Origin: Anaerolineae bacterium
GTDB lineage: Bacteria; Chloroflexota; Anaerolineae; B4-G1; DUEL01
DNA length: 64,000 bases
Direction: 5' to 3'
Assembly (NCBI GenBank): GCA_016931695.1
Contig: JAFGEI010000022.1
Coordinates: 397-64,396, forward strand
The notes beneath the pieces are model-generated. The model worked only from the letters and a program-made list of their open reading frames with translations, made no database searches and was not told the origin of the DNA. This document shows, one piece after another, positions 40,046 through 48,124 of this stretch (its first letter is position 1; every line of letters starts with the position of its first letter). Both the position numbers and the translations under genes were made by a program.

Positions 40046-41676
40046 ACCGAATCCTGGTCGTCGGCATTGACGGCGGCACCTTTGACCTGATCCGGCCCTG
40101 GGCGGAAGCGGGGCACCTGCCTCACCTGGCGCGATTGATGGACGAGGGAGCGTGGGGGCTGCTGGAATCGACGCTGCCCCCGGTCACTTCTCCGGCCTGG
40201 CCCACCTTTGCCACCGGCAAGAACCCGGGCCAGCACGGCGTGTTCGACTTTATCCAGCCCGCGGGCGGCGAGTTCGACCTGGTGAACAGCACGTCGATCC
40301 AGAGCCCGACCCTGTGGCAGATCCTCTCCAACGCCGGGCGACAGGTAGGCGTGATCAACGTCCCCGTCACCTATCCCCCAGCAGCGGTGAACGGCTTTAT
40401 CGTCGGCGGCATGCTATCCCCCCGCGCCGGCCGCATCACCTACCCGGACCATCTCCTCGACCCCTATCGCGACGAACTGGGCCCCTACCGGGTCGCCCCG
40501 GCGGTGCAGCACAAGGAAGGCAACGAGGACGAATTCATCGCCGACTTGTTGGACCTGGTTGCGCAGCGGGGCAAGTACGGCCTGCGCATGATGGCGGATC
40601 ACCGGTGGGACTTTTACATGGTTCACTTCCAGGCCACCGACGTCCTGCAGCACGCCCTGTGGAAGCACATCGACCCGGCACATCCCCTCTACGACCCCCA
40701 GGCGGCGGCCCGCTTCGCGCCCATGGTGCGCCAGGTTTTCGAGCGGGTGGACGACTTTGTCGGCCGGTTGGTGGAGCAGGCAGGCGAAGATACCTCGGTC
40801 ATCGTGATGAGCGACCACGGCTTTGGCGCGCTGCACTGGGTCGTCAACCTGAACCTGTTCCTGCTGCAAGCGGGCCTGCTGCAACTCAAACGAGACCCGT
40901 TTACCCGCCTGCGAGCGGGGCTTTTCCGGGCCGGGCTGACCCCGGCCTCGGTCTGGCACTGGATCGAGCGGGCGGGACTGCAGAATTACGTCTGGCTGGT
41001 CTCTAAATCGACCCGCAACAAGGTCGTGAGCAAGTTCCTTTCCTTCGACGACGTCGATTGGTCGCGCACCCAGGCCTATTCGATGGGCCACGTGGGACAG
41101 ATTTACGTCAACCTCAAGGGCCGCGAGCCGCAGGGCATCGTGGAACCAGGGACCGCGTACCAGGCGGTGCGGCAGCGGGCGATCGAGGTGCTGCGGGAGC
41201 TACGCCATCCCGAAACCGGGCAGCCCATGGTCGACCAGGTGATCCCCGGCGACCAGGTGGCACACGGCCCGTATGCGCAGCGTGGCCCCGACCTGCACGT
41301 CGTCCTCGACGGCTACCGGGCGATTGCCTTTCCCCTCTTTGCCACCGACAGCCGGCTGGTCACCCGCCAGATCCGCGGCGATTCGGGCTGCCACCGGCGG
41401 CACGGGATCCTGATCGCCTGCGGCCCGGCATTCCGCGGCGGGCAGACCTTGCAGGGAGCCCGCATCGTCGACCTGGCGCCGACGATCCTGCACGTGATGG
41501 GGCTGCCGGTCCCCGACGATATGGACGGGCGGGTGCTGACGTCGATCCTCGCCACCGACCGTCCCGTCGCGTACGAACAGGCATCGCCGGCCGAAGCAAG
41601 CGCGGACAGTGCGCTTTCGGCAGAGGATTTGGCGGAGGTAGAGGAACGGCTGCGGGCGCTGGGCTACCTCGGATAA
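40042..41676 (+). CDS. Alkaline phosphatase superfamily phosphodiesterase/nucleotide pyrophosphatase
   Basis: VVGIDG, STLPPVTSPAW..FATGKNPGQHG, VMSDHGFG, DLAPTIL, ERLRALGYL. Confidence 0.88.
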   Translation: MNRILVVGIDGGTFDLIRPWAEAGHLPHLARLMDEGAWGLLESTLPPVTSPAWPTFATGKNPGQHGVFDFIQPAGGEFDLVNSTSIQSPTLWQILSNAGRQVGVINVPVTYPPAAVNGFIVGGMLSPRAGRITYPDHLLDPYRDELGPYRVAPAVQHKEGNEDEFIADLLDLVAQRGKYGLRMMADHRWDFYMVHFQATDVLQHALWKHIDPAHPLYDPQAAARFAPMVRQVFERVDDFVGRLVEQAGEDTSVIVMSDHGFGALHWVVNLNLFLLQAGLLQLKRDPFTRLRAGLFRAGLTPASVWHWIERAGLQNYVWLVSKSTRNKVVSKFLSFDDVDWSRTQAYSMGHVGQIYVNLKGREPQGIVEPGTAYQAVRQRAIEVLRELRHPETGQPMVDQVIPGDQVAHGPYAQRGPDLHVVLDGYRAIAFPLFATDSRLVTRQIRGDSGCHRRHGILIACGPAFRGGQTLQGARIVDLAPTILHVMGLPVPDDMDGRVLTSILATDRPVAYEQASPAEASADSALSAEDLAEVEERLRALGYLG

Positions 41677-44600
41677 TGAAGACGAGGAGAAAGCAAGACA
41701 AAGAGACTAGAAGGAAAGGAGAGCGTGGGAATACACTATCTCCTCGTCCTCTCGTCTCCTTGTCCCCTTGTCTCCTCATTCTAACACTCGCTCTTGTGCT
41801 GCGCCTCTATCCCCTCGTCCGCTATGTCACCCCCGACGAACCGGCCTGGGTCTATCGCTCGATCCGCTTCGCCGACGCGCTGGCGGCGCGCGACCTGGCG
41901 GCAGTTCCGCTCACCGGTCACCCCGGCGTGACGACGATGTGGCTGGGGGCGCTGGGGATCGGCGTGCGGCGCCTGCTCGATCCGGCGGCCAGCACGGGAC
42001 ACCTGGAATGGCTCCGCCGCATGGCCTGGCTGGCGCCCGAAAATGCGGCCGCCTTTCGCCACCTGGCCTACTTTCTCTCCCCCTGCCGCGTCGCCGTCGC
42101 CCTGACCACCACGGCCGGGCTGCTCGCCGTCTACTGGCTGGCGGCGCGGCTGCTCGACCGCCGCACCGCCCTGGCCCTGCTGGCTCTGCTGGCCCTGGAG
42201 CCCTTTCTCGCCGGGCACTCGGGGCTGCTGCACACCGACGCGCTCCTGGCGACCTTTATCTTGCTGGCAATACTGGCAGCTTTTAACGGGCAGCGGGACT
42301 CTCGTCCATTCCGCTACTGGGCGCTGAGCGGCCTGTTCAGCGGCCTGGCCCTGCTGACCAAGACCCCGGCGGCGCTGCTGCCGCCGTTTTTGCTGGGGCT
42401 GCTGCTCGTCGGCGGACTGCGCCCCCCCCGTCCGGCAAGATTCACCGCCCACATCGTACAACTGGCGGCCCGTTTCCTCGTCTTTGCCGCCGCCCTCCTC
42501 GCCGTGTTTTTTGCCCTCTACCCCGCCCTGTGGTCGAGCCCTCTCGATGCGCTCCAGACCATGGGCAGTTTCACCGGCCAGCACATCGAGATGGCCCAGC
42601 GGCCGATCTTTTTCGCCGGCCAGATGACCTACGATCCGGGCCCGGGATTCTACCCGGTCGTGTTCCTGCTGCGCAGCTCACCCCTGCTGCTGATCGGGCT
42701 GGCCCTGGGCCTGTTCTGCCTGCGGCGTCTCTCTCCCGAGCGCCGCTTCTCGTTTCTGGCCTGTCTCGCCTTTGCCCTCCTGTTCGGGGCCGCCATCGCC
42801 CTGGCAGCCAAGCGGCACGATCGCTACCTCCTGCCGGCGCTGCTCCCCCTCGCCCTGGCAGCCGCGATCGGCTACCGACACGGGGCGGAGCACCTGCGCC
42901 AGAAAAAGGCGTCAACCGGGCTGCGCCTGCTCTTTTACTCTCCCCTGCTGCTCCAGCTCTTGCTGGCCCTCGCCTTTTTGCCCTGCCCGCTCGCCTACGC
43001 CAACCCGCTGCTGGGCGGCCCGCCCGTCGCCGCGCGGCTCATTTCCCTCGACTGGGGCGCAGGGGTCGGGGCCGCCGCGCGCTGGCTCAACCAGCAGCCC
43101 GGCGCGGATCAACTGACCGCCGCCGTCGCCGACGTCCCCTCGTTCGCCGCCCTCTTTGCCGGGCGCACTGTTTCTCTCGCCGAGGCGCCGTTGGCCGATT
43201 ACCGGGTCCTTGCCGCCGAGCCGTCCGCCGCCTGCTGCTTGTGCCCGCAGGCCCAGGTGCTGACCAACTCGCTCGTCCTGCAGCAGGCGGCCTACCTGGC
43301 CGACCACGCCGCAGCGCAAGACCTGATCCTGCTCGACGCCTACACGCCGCTCTTTCGCCAGTACCAGGGGCCAGGGGACATGCGCCTGCTCAGCGGCGTC
43401 GCCGACGAAGCGACGCTGGCGGCCCGTCTGCGCGAGATCGTTCCCGGCCACGAAGCGCTGTGGCTGGTCGCTTCGGCCGCGGCCTCGCCGGTCACCGCCA
43501 TGCATCTGCAGCGACAGGTGCGGGCCGTCGCCACCCCCATCTATACGGCCACCGTCCCGGACGCCACGATCACCCGCTTTGTCGTCGGCGCTCCCCAGCC
43601 CACCGCGCCGGCGCCATTTCGCGCTTCCTTCGCCGGGCGGTTCATCCTGGTCGACGGCGCCGCGCCGCCGACGGCCGCCGGGCTGGCTGTGCTGCCGGTG
43701 ACGCTGCGCTGGCAGGCGGTGGGGGTTCCGGCGACCGACTACCGCGCCGTCGTCACGCTGCGCGACGCCGCGGGACGGGCCTGGAGTACGGCAGAGGGGC
43801 TGGTGTTGAACGATTTTACCTTTCCCACTGCCGCCTGGATGGCCGACGAATGGGGCGACGCAGCCTGCGAACTCGCCCTGCCCGCTGGCATGCCCCCCGA
43901 TCGCTACGCGGTCGAGGTGAGCCTGTACGACGCGGCGAGCGGCGCCGGGCTGGGCGCTGCCGCCCCCGACGGCGCGTTCCGCGGCACGCGGGTGCCGCTG
44001 GGCCAGGTGACCGTCGTTCCCCCCGCCGTTCCGCCGGCGCTGGACGGCCTGGACGTCGCCCGGCGAGCTGACGTCGCCGTCGATTCGTTGATCCTGCTGG
44101 GGTGGGACCCGCCGCCGGCCCAGGCCCTCTCCGGCAGCCGCCTGTCCATCAAGCTGGCCTGGCAGGCGACCGCTCCCCCCGCCGCCGATTACCGGCTCCG
44201 CTTCCGGCTGGAGACGCCAGATGGGGCCGTGGCCTGGGAGACGCAGGCCGACCTCAGCCCCTATCCCACCCATCTCTGGCGGGCCGGGGACTGGTACGAG
44301 AGCCGCTACGACCTGCACGTCCATCCCGGCGTTCCCCCCGGTCATTACCAACTGCGCCTAGACGTCCTGGGCGGGGCGGATAACGCCCCTCTCGGCATAG
44401 ATTGGACAGTGGGTGCGGTAGAGGTGCTGCCGCGGGAACGCTCTTTCGATCTGCCCGGCGACATCCCCCAGCCGCTCCAGGTCGCCTTTGGCGAGATGGT
44501 CCACCTGCGGGGGTACGGGCTGGAGCGCCAGGCAGCGGCGCCGGGCGAGGCGCTGGCCCTGACCCTCTATTGGCAGGCGGTGGGCCCGGCCGGGCGGGAT

Positions 44601-44891
44601 TACACTCTCTTTGTCCACCTGCTGGGGCCGGACGGGCTTCCGCACGGCCAGGTTGACTGGATCGACTATGCGGCGCCGTCGAGCAGTTGGGCGGCGGGGC
44701 AGGTGCTGACGTGGCAGTTGACGCTCCCCGTCGCCGCCGACGCGCCGGTGGGTGTCTACCACCTCGCCGTGGGGTTCTACGACGCCGCCTACGGGCGCCG
44801 CCTGCCTGCCGTCGACGCTGCCGGGCGTGCCCTGCCGGAGGACCAGGCCGTCCTGCCGGCCGAGATTCACGTCCTGGAGGCCTCGCCGTGA
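41676..44891 (+). CDS. GT-C fold (PMT/ArnT-like) polytopic membrane protein with C-terminal beta-sandwich repeats
   Basis: TAATG overlap; TPDEPAW, GHPG, HTDALL, LALLTK; repeated LTLYWQA..DYTLFVHL..W..G domains. Confidence 0.75.
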   Translation: MKTRRKQDKETRRKGERGNTLSPRPLVSLSPCLLILTLALVLRLYPLVRYVTPDEPAWVYRSIRFADALAARDLAAVPLTGHPGVTTMWLGALGIGVRRLLDPAASTGHLEWLRRMAWLAPENAAAFRHLAYFLSPCRVAVALTTTAGLLAVYWLAARLLDRRTALALLALLALEPFLAGHSGLLHTDALLATFILLAILAAFNGQRDSRPFRYWALSGLFSGLALLTKTPAALLPPFLLGLLLVGGLRPPRPARFTAHIVQLAARFLVFAAALLAVFFALYPALWSSPLDALQTMGSFTGQHIEMAQRPIFFAGQMTYDPGPGFYPVVFLLRSSPLLLIGLALGLFCLRRLSPERRFSFLACLAFALLFGAAIALAAKRHDRYLLPALLPLALAAAIGYRHGAEHLRQKKASTGLRLLFYSPLLLQLLLALAFLPCPLAYANPLLGGPPVAARLISLDWGAGVGAAARWLNQQPGADQLTAAVADVPSFAALFAGRTVSLAEAPLADYRVLAAEPSAACCLCPQAQVLTNSLVLQQAAYLADHAAAQDLILLDAYTPLFRQYQGPGDMRLLSGVADEATLAARLREIVPGHEALWLVASAAASPVTAMHLQRQVRAVATPIYTATVPDATITRFVVGAPQPTAPAPFRASFAGRFILVDGAAPPTAAGLAVLPVTLRWQAVGVPATDYRAVVTLRDAAGRAWSTAEGLVLNDFTFPTAAWMADEWGDAACELALPAGMPPDRYAVEVSLYDAASGAGLGAAAPDGAFRGTRVPLGQVTVVPPAVPPALDGLDVARRADVAVDSLILLGWDPPPAQALSGSRLSIKLAWQATAPPAADYRLRFRLETPDGAVAWETQADLSPYPTHLWRAGDWYESRYDLHVHPGVPPGHYQLRLDVLGGADNAPLGIDWTVGAVEVLPRERSFDLPGDIPQPLQVAFGEMVHLRGYGLERQAAAPGEALALTLYWQAVGPAGRDYTLFVHLLGPDGLPHGQVDWIDYAAPSSSWAAGQVLTWQLTLPVAADAPVGVYHLAVGFYDAAYGRRLPAVDAAGRALPEDQAVLPAEIHVLEASP

Positions 44892-47800
44892 CCGCCCGCC
44901 GCCTGCTGTTCGCCCTCGGCCTGCTGCTCCTCTGCGCCACCGCCGTGCTCCCGCTGCTGCGCGCCGAGAGCCCCTGCACCCACGACGGCGACCTGCACTA
45001 TTACCGCGTCGTGGCCCTGCGCCAGGCGCTCGAGCAGGGCATCCTCTTTAGCCGCTGGCTGCCCGACCTGGCCTTTGGCTACGGCTACCCGTTCTTTCAC
45101 TACCGCGCCCCTGTCTCCTACTACCTGGCGCTGGCGCTCTGGCTGACCGGCCTGCCGCTGCCCCTGGCGCTCAATTTGGTCTATGTGCTCAGCATCCTGG
45201 GCGCTGCCGCTGGGGCATACCTGCTGGCGCGCGACCTGTTCGGCCCCTCGGCGGGCGTCGTGGCGGCGGTGGCCTATGCCTACGCCCCCTACACGTTCCT
45301 CGACGCCCTGCTGCGGGGCAACGCGCCCGAATCGGTCGCCCTGGCGCTGATGCCGCTGGCGCTGTGGGCCTTTCGCCGCCTGCTCGTCGACGGCGGGCGG
45401 CGCTGGTTCGCCGCCGCCGTGGGGCTGCTAGCCACCCTCTACCTGACCCACAACATCTCTAGCCTCCTGTTCACCCCCTTTCTCCTGCTCTACCTGCTCC
45501 TGCTCGGCGCGGTCTATCGCCAGCCGCGGCGCTGGCTGTGGGCCGCCCTGGCCCTCGTCCTCGCCTTGAGCACGTGCACCTTTTTCCTGCTGCCCGCCCT
45601 GGCGGAGAAGGGGCTGGTCCAGCTCCACATGTCCCGCGTCACCCGCAACAACGACTTTCACTACAACTTTTTGGACCTGGCCGAGATGTTTGCCCCGCCG
45701 TCGCCGGTGGACAGCTCGCTGCTGAACCCGCCGATGGAGGTCCAGGCCGGGCTGGCGCTGAGCGTGCTGGCGGGCCTGGGGCTTGTGGTGGGGCTGGCAA
45801 AAGAGAAAAACGGGCGCCGCTCGAGCCCGGCCCGCCATTCCCGCGCAAGCGGGAATCCACTGATCGCGGTTACGGATGCCCGCTTTCGCGGGCATGACGT
45901 TCAGGTGGGCGGATGTTTTCCAAGCAATAAATGCAAAGAGCGGCGGGCAAGTTTGATCTTTTTCGCCGTCTCCGCCCTCGTCTTTTTGTTCATGAGCACC
46001 GAGGCCTCGCTGTGGCTGTGGGAAAACGTGCCGCTGCTGCCCTTTGCCCAGTTCCCCTGGCGCTTTGTCGGGCGGGCGATCCTGCCCCTGGCGCTCGTGG
46101 CCGCGGCCGCCTTTTCCCAACCGCCGGGCGACAAAGCCGCCCGCTGGACAACGCTTGCCGCGCTGCTGGCCGTCGCTCTCCTGATCCTCGCCGCCTTCCC
46201 CGCCACCGCTCCCCCTTACGGCTACTGTCCGCGCGACGCCCAACCGACGATTGCGGACGTCCACCGCTACGAGCGCCAGAGCCGCCTGGTGGGGGTCGAT
46301 CCGGAAGGCTCCTACTTTCCGGTCTGGGTCGAGCAGCGGCCGCAGGGCTCGCCGTTGGAGGCGCAATATGCGGCGGGCGGGGAGATCGCCCGCTTCGACA
46401 CCGCCGCCCTGCCAGAGGGCGCCGCGATCCTGGCGGCGACATATGGCAGCAACGAGGCCGTGCTGGTGGTTGAATCGCCGGATCCCTTCAGCGCCCGCTA
46501 CCGGGCCTTTTACTTTCCCGGCTGGCGGGCCTGGATCGACGGGCAGCGGGTCGACGTCGTCCCCAGCGAGCCGGAGGGGCTGATCGCCTTCGACGTGCCC
46601 GCCGGCCGCCACGAGATCACGATTCGCTTTGGCGAGACGCCGCTGCGGGTGGCCTGTGACGTCGTATCCCTGTTCTCCTTCCTCGCTTTCGTTTTTCTAG
46701 TCCCAAGTCTCAAGTCTCCAAGTCCCAGGCCTCAAGCTCAGAATCGTCCCCCCGTCGCTCTCCTCTCCGGGGGGGGGGTGCTCGCCGCCGCGCTGCTCCT
46801 CACCCTCAAGCTGGCGGTCGTCGACCGGGTTGACACCCTTTTCCGCTACCCCACCCTCCAACCGGGCGGCGTGCTCCCCGGCGTGAGCCGGCCGCTGAAC
46901 CAGCCTTACGCCGACGGCATGCTGCTTGCCGGATACGAGCTCAGCGCGGACGAGCTGCCCGCCGACGGCACGCTGCGGGTCGACCTGTACTGGACCACCT
47001 GGCAGCAGCCCACTCGTTCCTACCAGGCGACCGTCCACCTGGTGGGGCCGGAAGGCTTCCGGTGGAGTCCGCAGGACAGCTACCGCCCGCGCGGCTACCA
47101 CCGCCCGCCGCCGACCAGCACCTGGCAGCCGGGGCAGTACGCCGTCGACAGCCACGAGATCGAACCGCTGCCCGGCACGCCTCCCGGCGACTACCAGGTC
47201 GTGGTGGTGATATTCGACCGCGACACGCTGGCCCCCCTCTCGGTATTGAACGCGGCGGGCCAGCCGGCCGCGCCCGAGCTGGCGCTGGCCCCGGTCGCCC
47301 TGGCCCGCCCGCGCCAGCCGGCCGGGCTGCCCGCTCGGGACTGGGTCGAGCAACCAGTGGGCGACCTGACCCTGCTGGGGGCCGATTTCGACCGCGCCGC
47401 CGCTGCCCCCGGCGACTCGGTCTACCTGACCCTCTTCTGGCGCGCCGAGGCCGCCGTCGATGCAGCGCCCGCCGCGACGCTCGAACTGCGCGCGCCAGAC
47501 GGCACGATGGCCGCATCCTACGACCTGCCGCTGCCCGCCAGCACCTGGCAGGCAGGCGACGCCTGGCGCGGGCAGCACCGCCTCGTCCTCCCAGCCGACC
47601 TGGAGAGCGGCGCCTATCGCTGGGTCACGCAGCAGCGCGAAGTGAGCACCTTGCAGGTCCAGGCCCCCGCGCACTTGTGGCAAGCCCCGCCCGTCGATCT
47701 GCAAACCGAGGCCCATTTTGGACGCCTTGCCGCCCTGCTGGGCGTCCAACTCTCCCCTCAAACCTGCAACCTCCAATCTGCAACCTGGAGCCTGGAACCC

Positions 47801-48124
47801 GGAACCCCGTTCACCGTCACCCTGGTCTGGCGCGCCGAGTCCACCGCCGCCGACTCGTACCACGTATTCGTCCACCTGCTCGACGCCGCGGGCGGGCTGG
47901 CGGCGCAGTCGGACGGGATCCCGGCGGGCTGGGCGCGGCCGACGACCGGCTGGCTGCCCGGCGAATACGTCCGCGACGTGCATCGCGTCGTCGTCCCCGC
48001 CGCCGCGCCGCCGGGCGACTATGTCCTGCAGGCCGGCCTCTACCTCCCCGGCGGGGAGCGGCTGCGCACCGCCGACGGACGCGACGCCGTCCCCCTGGTC
48101 ACGGTCACGGTAACAGCGCGATGA
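44888..48124 (+). CDS. PTPS-related/YfhO-like GT-C membrane protein with beta-sandwich repeats
   Basis: GTGA overlap; HDGDLH, RWLPDLAFGYGYPFFHY, QFPWRF, FYFPGWRA; C-terminal repeats. Confidence 0.75.
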   Translation: MTARRLLFALGLLLLCATAVLPLLRAESPCTHDGDLHYYRVVALRQALEQGILFSRWLPDLAFGYGYPFFHYRAPVSYYLALALWLTGLPLPLALNLVYVLSILGAAAGAYLLARDLFGPSAGVVAAVAYAYAPYTFLDALLRGNAPESVALALMPLALWAFRRLLVDGGRRWFAAAVGLLATLYLTHNISSLLFTPFLLLYLLLLGAVYRQPRRWLWAALALVLALSTCTFFLLPALAEKGLVQLHMSRVTRNNDFHYNFLDLAEMFAPPSPVDSSLLNPPMEVQAGLALSVLAGLGLVVGLAKEKNGRRSSPARHSRASGNPLIAVTDARFRGHDVQVGGCFPSNKCKERRASLIFFAVSALVFLFMSTEASLWLWENVPLLPFAQFPWRFVGRAILPLALVAAAAFSQPPGDKAARWTTLAALLAVALLILAAFPATAPPYGYCPRDAQPTIADVHRYERQSRLVGVDPEGSYFPVWVEQRPQGSPLEAQYAAGGEIARFDTAALPEGAAILAATYGSNEAVLVVESPDPFSARYRAFYFPGWRAWIDGQRVDVVPSEPEGLIAFDVPAGRHEITIRFGETPLRVACDVVSLFSFLAFVFLVPSLKSPSPRPQAQNRPPVALLSGGGVLAAALLLTLKLAVVDRVDTLFRYPTLQPGGVLPGVSRPLNQPYADGMLLAGYELSADELPADGTLRVDLYWTTWQQPTRSYQATVHLVGPEGFRWSPQDSYRPRGYHRPPPTSTWQPGQYAVDSHEIEPLPGTPPGDYQVVVVIFDRDTLAPLSVLNAAGQPAAPELALAPVALARPRQPAGLPARDWVEQPVGDLTLLGADFDRAAAAPGDSVYLTLFWRAEAAVDAAPAATLELRAPDGTMAASYDLPLPASTWQAGDAWRGQHRLVLPADLESGAYRWVTQQREVSTLQVQAPAHLWQAPPVDLQTEAHFGRLAALLGVQLSPQTCNLQSATWSLEPGTPFTVTLVWRAESTAADSYHVFVHLLDAAGGLAAQSDGIPAGWARPTTGWLPGEYVRDVHRVVVPAAAPPGDYVLQAGLYLPGGERLRTADGRDAVPLVTVTVTAR
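45834..45898. repeat. Paired inverted REP-like element inserted in frame in a CDS
   Basis: gccattcccgcgcaagcgggaatcca ... ggatgcccgctttcgcgggcatgac. Confidence 0.7.

Noticed and set aside
41058-48120. Long N-terminal extensions of the GT-C ORFs overlapping upstream genes
   Set aside because: True starts are at coupled TAATG/GTGA/ATGA junctions; the extensions are alternative-frame read-through.
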